Origin: Raillietiella orientalis
Lineage: Eukaryota
Length of the DNA stretch: 64,000 bases
NCBI GenBank assembly: GCA_036172245.1
Contig: JAYWIR010000015.1
Location: 2,914,001 to 2,978,000, forward strand
Direction: 5' to 3'
Positions 1-12,062 of the stretch are shown piece by piece. A model generated the notes under the pieces. It was not told the DNA's origin. It searched no databases and saw only the letters and a program-made list of their open reading frames with translations. The translations under genes were made by a program, and so were the position numbers. Numbering within the stretch: position 1 is the stretch's first letter; each line of letters starts with the position of its first letter.

Positions 1-527
1 TTTTTTCCTTTTTTTTCCGCAGTTGAAGAAGGTGGAAGTCGATTATTCATCCGTTTTGCAATCAAAAATCGATCTTTATGTGTTGGAGACGAAACATGTG
101 TTCTGTATAACAGATGAACGCAGGGGAAGAAGGGAAGTGCGTTTTCTAAAATAGAAATTTCACAACTCGGATCCTTGATTAATACGAGTGTGATTTTTTT
201 TTTTTTTTTTAAAAAAAAAAAACAAAAACACACACCGACGTACTTATTCGATTCGTCATTCAATGAAGTACACTGGAAGTCAATTTGTACATAAATTTTC
301 AGAATTTCAAACTATAGGTTATTAGTCTCCTAAGACTCGGATCGAATAACTCTTGGGTTAACGTGTTAGCTGGAATGTAATACATCAGGAGAGCGAAACG
401 GCAGCGAATTGATGGAAAACAAATCTCCACTTGGCAGAATCCTGCGGCCTGTCGTCGGAAGTCGAACGAAACCAAAAGCCTTCCTGCCAGACGGCGCGGA
501 AAAACAAAATGGCGCGGGCGAATTCCG

Positions 528-1690
528 ATGCGGATGGCGACGGCGTTGCGCCCAGCGCGGAACATTCCCAGACTGCGATTCGAGCAACCGAAAGCAGGCA
601 GAGAGAGGCGACACTTTGAACTGCCTGCCCAGATGTGTACGTGTCGCGCGTTCGCGCGTGTTTTTTCCTTCTCCTGTGGAACGCTGTTTGTTCGCGGAGG
701 ATCCAAGAGCTCTTCGAAACGGAATTCAGACCTTCGTAAAGTGGCCACTGCGCTTGGCTCCAAACAAGGAAGTTCTCAAGTGTTCGAGGAAACATCCAGC
801 CCCGACGATTTGCAACGTTTGCCAATTCGAATCAAAGAATTAGGTAAAGTTGCAAGTCGTCGGGTGCAGGTGGTCAACAGAAAACCACTTTAAGAACCAG
901 ATCTTGGTCTTTAACCTTCTCTCCCGCACAGGCCGAGCTTCCTTTAAGGCCCTCTGGTTTCTAATTACTGATTTCTGTCCGCCGTTTCGTAGGTGAGTGC
1001 CTACCGAATCGAAAGCATTGGTTGGCTTTCCGTGTCGGTGTTTCCAGTGGAACCGGACTTTCTATAAATCCTGAACGAAAGGGTTTTCGAATTCAAACTG
1101 CCTTCTCGGTCTTTGATCGCGTGCTTCTTAGTCTAGGATGATGGAAATACTTCTTGCTGTCTTCGCAGTTCTTCGACACGGTTTCACGCCACCCGAGGGT
1201 GGGTGATTCTTCAAGATAGGGGGGGCACCCCGGGGGAGGCCCGCCCTGGGAATCCAGGAAGGGCTCGGAGTCCGTTCCGCTCACGCCGAGGAAAGGATCC
1301 CCCTGGCAAGGGGGGGGGGGGGGATCAGACCTCCATCCTGGTTGTCTCCGAAGGGGAACCCTGAAGGGAATCAATCTCCTTCCTTATTCTTTCCGGAGGA
1401 CCCCCGGGGGGATCCACTCCATTCTTTCTTCTCTGAAGTCGGAAGAGAAGCTCATTCTGGCGTTCAGACACTTTCTGAAATCAGCTCAATGTACGATCAC
1501 CATCAACGCAAGAGCTGTTCCCTCGTGCATACACATTTGTGAAGCAGCTCGCAATGGACGCATTCACCTGGCGAATAAGGAGAGGTGGACACTCCTTTAT
1601 TGCGATAGCATGTCCCCGAGGCGTGATCCAGTGAGCAACACCAAGTTCTGGCGATGGCTTTTATGGTCCAGGTTCGAGGGAACAGCTTGA
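528..1690 (+). CDS. Possible small spliced gene of unknown product (exons ...843, 932-992, 1137-1198, 1485-...)
   Basis: Splice-like sites TTAG|GTAAAG (843), CCCGCACAG| (931), CGTAG|GTGAGT (992), GTCTAG| (1136), GAGG|GTGGGT (1198) and ATCAG| (1484) join in compatible phases without stops (...RIKELGRASFKALWFLITDFCPPFRRMMEILLAVFAVLRHGFTPPEAQCTITINARAVPSCIHICEAA...). No recognisable domain; the start is uncertain. Confidence 0.25.
1138..1440 (+). repeat. Dispersed repeat, copy A (homologous to 31600-31950 on the minus strand)
   Basis: Collinear shared blocks GATGGAAAT, CTGTCTTCGC, CACCCGAGGGT, ATTCTTCAAGAT, CTCACGCC..GGATCCCCCT, CCTGGTTGTCTCC and CTCCTTCCT. Confidence 0.8.
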
Positions 1691-4600
1691 CGCCGGACGG
1701 TAATACCGGTGTTTCGAACCCGCAGGCTGTGCAAGGAACGAGAGCTTTTCCCAGCACTCTCAACTCTCAACCGAAGAGCGAATATCATCAGTACTTACTT
1801 CTTGATTCCTATTAAATTCACCCGTTCTTGGTGAAGAGGGCGGAACACCCACATAACAGCAGGCGGGGAAGGGGTGGCGCCTTCGTACTTTGCGCTGCGT
1901 TTCGTCACGGAATTCCTCTCGTACGCATGATGGAAGATGTGAATGGGTCTTTGATCCGATCCCTGTGGACCGAACAAACAAATGCAAGGCAAGAAGTGTT
2001 TTCCGTTTCGATGTTTCCAGGTGGTGTTTCACATACAACTGGAAATGAACTGTGCAACATCGCTATCTGTCCTTTTCGTTACACTTTTGCGTGAAGGCGC
2101 TCACAGATGTGTGTGTGCGTGTGTACACTCTTCGAGATTAGATATCGTTTCGTACTCTTTTTATACACGTGAACTACCCATGTATTCATACGCGAATGTG
2201 GAAGAATGGACACGTTTTTCTCTCAAAAGTTTCATGTCGACCTTGCAACAAAAAAAAAGACTTTGCTGATGCCGTTAAAAAAGTGGGAAGAAATCTGTCA
2301 ACCCCATCGCGGATATTCATGGGAAGTGTACAGCCTGGCACGTTCGCAGACTCCGAAACACCCATGTGCCTGTCGTGACCCGACGCGCACTCAATAACTT
2401 TTACATCTCTTTCTATTTCCGGCTGCTGCCACCGCAAGCACCCGGGTTTCCCGCGAACGCTGTTACCTGAACCTCGGGAACCCTCCGTCGCCATGCAACC
2501 GGCGCTGCGGCGTGGAAAGATTTGGGCTGACCACTTACATACCCCACCGCGAATGCAGTGTGCGTCGGAAAATTCCAGATCGATCCCGCCGCACGTTTGT
2601 GTTGTTTACTCGGTTCACGTTGTTTCCGGTGGTGTGTGGTGCGAACGAGGAGAGGTGCGGCGAAGACACTCTGTGTTCCGAAACACCCGCCGCGGGCGGA
2701 TTTCATTTGCCGCAAACCGTGGTGCCTCTGTGGATGTGCAACATGTCGTCGGGATGGGGATGATGCTTGTGTGACTCCTTCTCCCCCGCGGGCAGTTGCA
2801 CTTTGCACTCACTTCCACGCCTCTGCTTCCTCGCCGTCGTCGCGGATAGGAAGCTGTGGATTCTGTCACGTGTGAGAGCATGATAAAATTCACAGGTCCG
2901 TTCTTCGTCGCAGCTTCACTCACAGAATCGATCGACGCACCTGCTCTCGAGAGTCTTCACCGAGTGCTTTTTTTTGCTGCAGGGAAGGCGCGCACCGTAG
3001 TGGCCGCGCGGCGAAGAGCGGCAGCTGCACCGCCACCACGGATCCCCCGCATCTCTGCGCTGCGCGGCACTGTCGGAATGACAACGCGGAGGGCCTGACC
3101 GTCACGGACACGCTCGCGAAAGGAGAAACGGACGGAACGGCTGCTTCCAAGGTCGTCCGAAGAGGTCGCAACGCGCAAGCGAAGTCGTCTTGTCGGAGGA
3201 ATGTGGCGGGAAATTTTTCCCGGTGCGCCTTGCCGAGGTGCGCCGGGCTGAGCGCACCGGCGGTTTGTCCTGCTGCTAGTAGCGGCGGCAGCGGCGCCAT
3301 CCGTGCTCCTCAACTGCCGCTTCACGTTTTGAGGGGAAAGGGGGACCGGACCGCTGCCGACGGGAGGCAGAGGTCGCGCGCCCCCTGGCAATGGCATGTG
3401 CATCGTGCCTATGACCTTCCCTGGAGGCGCGTGATGGCGACCACCTGCAACGACGGCGCCTTTGGAACTCCGGGACTGCGGGGCGCATCGCCCGCGGATC
3501 GTTGCTCCCCGAGCAATCAGCTGGGGTTCCTCCTGGGGAGGAGGAAGGACGGGATCGCCGGTAGCCAGGACCAAGGGTACTGCCCGGAGGGCGGGGCAGG
3601 GACCCTGTCGCTACCTTGGGCAGAAAGGGGGGGGGTGCTCGGCCCGCAAGGAGTAGGACCTTTCCCGATGGCGCCTCCTGACCCCAAGGAAGGCGAGGAA
3701 ATCCGAGGTGCAGCAGCCGCTTCACCAGGAGGGTAGCCTCCCCACCAGAGGAGCCGGCGGTGTCAACGATTCGCGTGGGCGACCCCTCCCTAGCAACGAA
3801 GCGCGAGAGCTGCTCAACCCCTATCCCTCAAAACAGCGCCGGCGGCAGACCGAGGGAGCTCCCGGGCCGGGCGCGAGGTCTCCAGCCCCCTAAGGGATGA
3901 GCGTGGAGGGGTGGGTCTCTTCCTCTCCCCCCCTCTCCTGTTCCTCCTTCCTTTACTGGAGGACTCTGGGAAAGGAAAGGACCGGAGCGACAGGAGCAGC
4001 GGAAAGAGCGGGAGTTGCTGCTTCCCCACCACGTCGTGTGGGACCCCCCCCGGTCTGCCGGACGGCCTTGAGGGGTTGGGGTGCCGCCACCCTTCCGCAG
4101 AGGTGCGAGGGGGAACAGGAAGGCATCGGTGAGGCTGCCGCCAGCTTTCTGCCCGGAGCGGACGGGACGCAGGGACTTCCACCCCTTAGCAAGCAGGGAG
4201 AGACCTCTCCGTGGAGTCGCTGCGGAGCTTCCGGGAGGGTACTCGTGAGGAAGAGGGGAGAGGAGATTCGTGCAGGAATGCGAGGGACGGGTGGGCCCCT
4301 CCGCCACTGCTCCGATCCTCGTTCGCCCGGAGGGGCGCGTAGTCTCCGTCGCTGCGCGGCCGACGCGCGTATGGGAAGCCATGAGGAGGGGGGAGTACCG
4401 TCCTGGCTGAGTCAGGCAAGGTTGTGGAGGGAAAGATGGGGGGGGGGGGGGAAGAAGGCAGCCCGCCTTCCCACGCGCGCGTGCCGGAGGCGGCGGAGCT
4501 GAGCCAGCAACTGCGTGCTGGTCGGTGACTCACGCGGGCTTGCCTCAGGGGAGAAGGAGGCGCGCGAGAGCGTCTCCCAGGAAGATGAGTGCGCAGAAAG

Positions 4601-4899
4601 GGGGGGAGAATCGCTCCCTGCAGCAGGAGCGGCGGCGACAGCTTGGAGGCGGAGGGAAGGGGGGGGGAGTTAGGACCGGCCGGGACTGCTCGCTCCTTCT
4701 TCCCTTTCCCTCCTCTACGAGCACAGGGGTCGAGTGCAGGAGGTGGGTGGGAGAGGGGGAGAGACGCCGTCGATCCTTTTCAATAGATCCGGCGATCCAG
4801 GGGTGGGGAAGAATGGGGGTCGTCACAAGAGCACCCTTGGGAGCGCAACAAGAGGGACCTCGGTCTTCGCGGGAAAGTAGCGGGACGAGCGGCAGAAGG

Positions 4900-7000
4900 A
4901 CGCGGCAGCCCTCCCTCTCTCTCCTTCCTGACCTCTTGGTCTTGGGTGCAAAATTTTCTTCGCGTCCCGAGAGAAGGGAAGGGGGGAGGGGTGAGCTGAC
5001 GCGCGCTCCTTGCAGAGGCTGTCGCAAACCAGTGCAAACTCGCGATCTGCTCAGCTCTCCGACCCGCGAGTGTTGACGGGCAAAGCGGGAGGAGCGGAGG
5101 AGCCGCTGCTAAGAGCTGTCGCTAGCCGTAGCCGCAATGTCGGCCGAAAAGCCACTTCCGCCTCATCTGGCGGCGAAGTGGCAAACCTCTGCTCTCGTTC
5201 GAAAGAGGGAGGAACGCTTTGCGTCGCTCCGCCTTCCGTCGCTCCTTTTGGTTGTTCCTCACGCCCTCCAGGGCCAAGGTAATGGTGGCTCCCTTCCCCA
5301 GTGTCGAAGAACACCTTCGGCGTCCCGAAAGTGAGTTTCCTCTCCCACTTCCCCTGCTTTTCCGCTGGCGGGGCCGGCTTGCTCCCCCGAGCCAGAGATG
5401 CGTATATCAGACCGCACTTCGCCCGTCTCCGCTCTCTGTCGTTTCCCCTCCCCTACGTCTCCCGCTCGGCCCGAGGCGGAGGCAGGGAAGGGAGGGAAGA
5501 TGGCCTCACACTGAAACCTTAGAGCACGTTCGACGCCGGATCCGCTTGGGTCTTCGCGTCCTGATTCTCAGGGGTGGTGCGCAGGCCGGGGAGAACTGGG
5601 AGGAGCGAGCCTCGGGGTCTCTTATTCGTTCGAATCTCAGGGGCGTAGGGGAAAAGGAGTTCGGGGTCTCGGCGGTTCCCGGATGGATGCCGCAGGCTCT
5701 TGCTCCATCCTTTTCCCCCGTTGTTCTCTCCTTTCGTGGTTCCCGGTTTTCTTTGCCGCTCCATCCTCAACATCAGAGCGATCTGCTGTCCGCCCAAGTC
5801 ACCACCTTACAGGGTTTGGGACGTCCCCCATTGGACTCATATCCTCTGAAGGTCGAGTTCCCTCCTTCCTGAGGCCAGCGGTCATCCCTCCGGGACCTTT
5901 ATTCACCGTTTCATCTGAGTTCATCCTGTAAGCTCCCCCTGGCGAACGAAAGCAGGGGATGAGGCTTCCTGAACACCCAACCTGATGAGGCACTGGAAGC
6001 GCCCATCGGCCAGGATGTTCAGCTTTCTCCACTGGAACCGGCGCTCCATCCGCCTCCCTTCCTCTTTTTCCCTATCTCTCCCCGAGTCCTCCTCCCGGTG
6101 CAGTTCGTCCGCCAGAGACCTAGCGTTCGGTCCTCTCCGCTTCTCCTTGTGGCCATTTTTTCAGGAACAAGCGATCCCAGGTCCTCATCTCCCCCTCTCC
6201 ACAATCTCACGGAATTCCGTTCGCTTCCGGGAGTATCCCGTTTCTTCAAGTCTTTCGTCCCGGATTCGATTCTTTCCGGGAAGCTCATCCTCCTAGCCCG
6301 CAGGTTCACGAGTCCTTCTCCCCTCTCTCCCATCCTCTCCTCCCTTCGAGCGTTCTTCTCCTCCTTGATCATCTTCCGTCCTGTGCATGCGACACGTCCC
6401 TACTCGACGCCCTTCGGGATCGGCTTCTTACGTAGCTGGACCCTTTCTTCCCACTCGCGCGACTTGAGACCGGTTCTTCTCGAGGAAGTTGGCAAGGGGG
6501 AGAGAAAAAGCATCCCGAGAAGCTCCATGTCTCCAGAGAGGTCGAGAAATGGCACTTCCTCTCGGTCATCGGGAACAGTAGGTCCGTCTCTTCTAGTTCT
6601 CTCTCTCTCTCACACACACACTCGGTTCCGCACGGGTCGAAGAAGACTCGTGGAGGCGAAGACGTCTCCACGCGCTCTCAGGGACACGGGATAGCCATTA
6701 AAATTCCCGGCCGCCCGAAAAGGGAAGCCCTTGCTACCTTCCTCTCCTTGCTCTCTCACTCTTCCCCTTTGTTGTTGGGTCTCTTCCAGGTGGAGTGCGC
6801 TTCCAGCGAACCACCGTTGATCTTATTTCGCACCCACCCTATCGAGTCTGGTGTCATCCTGTGCGTTCCTGGAGTCGTCTCCCGTCTCTGTGGACCCGCA
6901 CTATCCGCCGTCTCTATCCGCATTCCTACCATCGCGCTAAATAGACTCAAGATCCAATTCTTGGGCTTCTCGCATCTCCGCCAATCAGCCCAGCTACGTC
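4900..7000 (-). mobile_element. Highly decayed non-LTR retrotransposon (endonuclease/RT remnant)
   Basis: Faint motif echoes in LINE order on the minus strand: STWKRPNNK (endonuclease TW..P-like), FDTGEGSHHYLGP (TGVRQG..LSP-like), LHWFATAS (LFADD-like). Many stops and frameshifts; boundaries approximate. Confidence 0.25.
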
Positions 7001-9884
7001 GCGATCGGTCACCATGGCAGCCTGGCTCCAGCTTTCTGGAGAGGACGGCTGGTATAGATCATTCGTTCGTGAATAGATGGGAGAGGAGCTCCTAGTGGAA
7101 GTACACGACTGTTTCGTGTGCAGCACCGGCTAAACATTCCTTCCACCCATGCTCGTGTTAGAAATCAGGCAAGTGGAGATCTTTGGGGTGAGATGCAAGC
7201 AAGATGCGATGACAAAGGGGCTACTGGGTTTAGCCCTTAGCAGGATGGTGTCTCGAATTCCGAGTTCGAAGTGAACTGAAAAGACGAACTTGAAAGATGA
7301 AATCCTCAGTCCAAGCTTATGCAGAATTCACCATCATGAATTTTTGCCCAGGTAATCTTCCAGATGCATTAGATGCTTTGATAGTCTCAAGCACTCCTGC
7401 TGCTATTGTGGTTTCTCAACGGGTTACACTACTACAGTTAAGATGAAGAGCTTTTTCAAAAAGTTCTTTGCCGGTATAAGAAGCGACTATATTACTCTAG
7501 GACTCCCTACACTTCGATTGATAAACTGGATACTGGTTTCTGTGCAATCCTAAAGCTCCTTGCAAAACTGGATGTCTTCCTTCGCACCGAGCACCGATTT
7601 CCGATAATAGTTATCGCTCTCGAGAAACCTTCAGCAAACTCACAATGTGACTGCTGAATTTCCTCAGGAATTCATTTCACTTCTTCCATGCTACCCTCCA
7701 GCCAGCTGGTTTTGGAAAACCGCTACACGGAATACACTTACTGTTGCTCATAGACTAGTGATTCTGCAAAATATCTGGCTGATCTGTCGCTGTTGCATTT
7801 TTTAACAACGCGTCGAAAAATGCATAAAAAGAGCACATCATTGATCAATGGACCTCTTTTCTAAGATTTATCCCGAAGTTAGAAAACATCCGAGTGCCAA
7901 CATGCAAGTATCCGTTCGCTTCTGGATCTTCTCTCATTCTACTCGTTTGAAGTTTTAATGTTTTTATTATATGTAATTGGAAACTTCATGATTTTTTTTA
8001 AAAGTCTGCCACTCTTTTAACTATGTGCGCTTTGATTCATGAAAATCACCGATTCCCATGTGAAATTTCATCCAAAAGTTTGGTGATAATCGCATAAAAG
8101 AACCTTGTCTTATCATAGTCAAAAAAAAAAAAACCTTAGGAAAGTATCTGTACTTTCCCCATCCTGTTTTCACTTTTCGCTGCTCACCACTGTTCCGAGC
8201 ATGATTGCGTGTCCTATGCTTGTGTTTTCACGATTGCCTTCCTATTTCACCATGAGCCAAAGCCTGAGTGTCTACATGAGAAATCTCATTCATACACGAA
8301 TTGTCGTAACCGTTTTGTCTATGGTAGGAGGACAGATGACCCAGAATCTCCGTGTTCTTGGAACTCCCCTCATTGCATGCAAAGTAAATAAATGCTCATG
8401 ATTCCTTTTAATTAGAGTGATACGAATCTCCGAATACTCTCTCGAAATGACGAATCAGTATCCAACGGGCAATTTTTAAAGTATCATTTGTTTTTTCGTT
8501 GTCGTTCGGGCGATTTGGAAGAAAAAAATAAAATAAAAATGCAGATTTCCGTGCGTTTTGTAGTTTCTTTTCTATATCATTGTATTTGTCTTAGACTTGC
8601 AACAAGGGAAGGTTAGAAGATTTGGTTATATTTTCTGGCGTGGAGGAGCACTGAGTGTTTTTTTTTTTCCTTTGGAAGGAAACTTCGGTCTTTGGTGGAA
8701 GTATGTATGGTAACATGGCGCCTTGTGGTTACAGGTTAACATTCTGAGTGGGCTCCTTTTGCCCTATACCTATTCATGTGACGGTAAATAATGTGATTAG
8801 TTTTCACTCAGTTCACTCTGCATGCCCCAAACTGCTATGTGTGTCCGAAAAAAAAAAAAAAATCGCGTTTTGTTTTTATTACCACCCGGAAGATTGCATG
8901 GGTTGCGTACGTGTATTCCCCTCCCTTTATCAAATACGTCTTGTTGATTAGGCTGGAAAGTTTTTTTTGTCGGAAATTGACGTGTCGATTTGTGTTTTAC
9001 TTCTCGGCGACTCTCTTCAGCCCCGAATTTAGAGGCATGTTGCAAGCTGCTTTTTGCGTGTGGCAGATTCCCGGCACCCTTTTCCCCGGCATGCCACCAT
9101 GTCTTGTAGGAACTCCGCTTCACGCTCCCGAAGCTTTGCAGACGTAGTCCTCTTAAATTAGCTTAAGGCAAAACGTCCACGAATTGAAAAGTCTGTCGAA
9201 AAGTACCGGACGTGTCCCAGGTGTTGTGTGCTCTCGATGCACGGATTTGTTCCGCAGAACTTGCATGCCGTTTGCAAGTCGTGCACTTTGCAGTGTAATC
9301 CGTACTTCGGGTAAGGAAAAATGATCGAAAAGTTCAATCTATGCGCGTGCAGTGCATGAATTTCTTGTTCATGCATGAATGTTCACTATTGAGGAGTATG
9401 TCAATGCAACCTATTCCAAAATTTTGAAGATCTATAGCTCGTATCTAACTGTACGTATCCATCAGCCATTCTTAGCCAAACTCACAGATGTACCGGCTTT
9501 GTACAACTTTTGCAGAAGGTGCAAAAAGTTGCGTTAATGCGTGTTGGCAAATTACATGAGGTGTTGGTTTGTAGTTTTACTATTAATGAAAGTACTTTCA
9601 TAAAACGGCATTGGAATCTTATCAATTACTTTAGTCGTATTTCGTATTATTCTCTCCAGCGAGAGATGTATGCTTTAGTACATCAGCTTGCAAGGCTTAA
9701 ATTTACTTTTGGTTGTGAACACGAACTTTCAGTCATAAAAGATACAAAATTTTTCTAAAGAGGTTTTTATTATTCCTGCAATCTCTCAACATGAGAATTA
9801 ATCTTCTCATGCTCTTGCAAAAAGATATAAACCAAGAATTTATTGCTTTGCAGACCTAGATTATTAAATGCCATAGGTACTTCT

Positions 9885-12062
9885 CTAGCTGCCTTGCATT
9901 ACTTGACACAGGTCACATAATTCTCTGGTACACCGTTGAATGCATGAATGAAAATCACTTTTGCATATTACTCACTTTTGCATATAGAAAAAAAAATAAC
10001 CGCTACGCTGTCTCTCTTCACCTAGAACATCTTCCTCCTTTACTTTAAATACTTCTTCATCATTATAATGATACCATATCCGGTCTTGCCAACTATATAC
10101 ATCAGCCACATAATGTCCTATATAGACAGTTATTTTTGAGAATAAAGAAAACTCACAAACCTGTAGAAGTGTTTTGTCCTTGATGACTAACAATACTCAC
10201 CAACTGATAGGAATGTGGCAGCTGTCCTAACTTGTAATTTTCTAATAAAGAAGCATCTTGAAGTAAGGAACTATCAGAGGAATCTTCTTCTAAGTAAGAT
10301 GAGGATGCTGAAGGAATGTTCAATTCTAAACTGCGCTTTAAAGCTTCTTGAAATTCTTGTTCTTCTTCTTTCACTTTGCCATAATTTTCTTGAAGGCTTT
10401 GACGCAACGCCTCTTGGAGCTCAGGATCTTCCTCAACTGAACTTTCTGGAGGAGGTAATGGGAACACATTCAAATCTGGGTGCTCAAAAGAACAGGTGGA
10501 AGCTTCCTCAGTCTTCCCAGACATGCACATGTTGCTTGGTTGCCATGGTAATGGCTGCACAAAATTATTACACACATGCTCACAAAGTGTGATAAACTTG
10601 GGGATGTAGATTGCACTGCTCACTTTGCGACATGCTTGCTGAAACTGATAGCGTTTGAGCTGCACCACAAAGATCCTGGAAAACAGACAGTGCTTCAATG
10701 ACTCCTCTCTCTCCTGAAAACTACCTTGGCAGCTGTGTAAATGTTGTGCAAGCTTTACATTCCTTGTGTTGGCATTCAACACAATTCAACTCTCTCAAAT
10801 CAGGTTTGAGATATGCATGTATAGCATCCTGCAGGGAAGGTTTGAAATTATCCTGTCTTACATGTGGCATATTCACATATAAGGACATATATTCTTCCTT
10901 TTTAGCCACCACATGATGGCAACTGCACCACTGTTAATTACAAAACACACATATAAGTATGAATCACATACCTGGTGCACATAAGAGATTCTTGCAAATG
11001 GAATCCAAAATTCATAGTCACAGGATTGCCATCAAGCTGTGATGTGCTTGCTGTGGAAGCATCATCTGCATCATCAGGTCTACATCCTTGCAGAACTTGA
11101 TCAATTTCATGTTTTACAGTATCAAGAAGCAATAAAAGGAACTCATTAGCATCTTGCATTTGATACCCACTAAAATTGCCATCCAACTCTTCAAGACGCA
11201 TTTTCAGTGACCTGTAGAAGCTTTAGCAAGTGGTAATTACGCTACACTCAAACCTTAATGAAGATCGTACACCCTCAGAACAACGCTGAATTTTATTTTT
11301 ATACACAGCAACAACATGTAAAAACATGCTGCTACAATCAAAATTATCTTGCTTCCCGGCCAATTTCTCCATGTCATCCATTAAGGGTGGCAAACCAAAC
11401 ATGGCTTGAAGAGTAGCATTTAAATAACAAGTGTTTCCATTGTTGGGAAACCTGCCACAAAAAATATCCAACATATTCAGAATGTCAATATTTTGTCTCA
11501 CCCCACTTCACTACATTCTGTCTTCTTTAGGAACAATTCATTTTCTTTGCTAATCTTCTCAGCTCTTACAGGTACACCACTGAATTTGATAGACCCATAG
11601 GCTACACTGCACAAATCTTCATTTATACCTTCCAATAAACCACTACAATGCACAACTGAAGTACACTTTGTGGTATCTGAAAACTTTCTTTGTGTTGGAC
11701 GGTAAGTTTTAAGGTGAGTTTTCTTTATGGGATGAATATTTTCTTCGTCTTCTTTCTCTACTTTCCTTTTAAACAAGGATTCTTGGGATGTTTTGGGAGT
11801 TCTAAATTTATCTACTTCATTATTGTCCACTTTTATTATAAGTTCTTTCTTGCTGCCAATATTAGAATCAATGAATGGCAATGTTCTACACATTGCACTC
11901 TTATTTAATTTCTCATTTGTTCTTGTCACTTTGAGGTGAGAGGGGTCAGAATTTGAAAGATTACGCAGAGTGGAACGAGGGAATCTAAAACTTTTAAATT
12001 GTACATATACAAAACTCTAATTCATACCTTTCCCTGTATACTGTTTCGGTTAGGGTCTTCAT
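9885..12062 (-). CDS. USP37: Ubiquitin carboxyl-terminal hydrolase, USP37/USP26/USP29-like; 8 exons
   Basis: Cys box GFPNNGNTCYLNATLQ, QDANEFL, LPRIFVVQLKRY, two UIM-like motifs (EEDPELQEALRQSL, EEEQEFQEALKRSL), His box VSHQGQNTSTGHYVADV..WYHYND..GYFFFYM. GT-AG introns 11985-12027, 11452-11501, 11212-11253, 10923-10971, 10676-10724, 10118-10160 and 9925-9975 restore one frame from ATG 12062 to TAG 9885. Confidence 0.9.

Noticed and set aside
195..222. Poly-T directly followed by poly-A (self-complementary)
   Set aside because: Simple homopolymers of uncertain length, with no sign of function.
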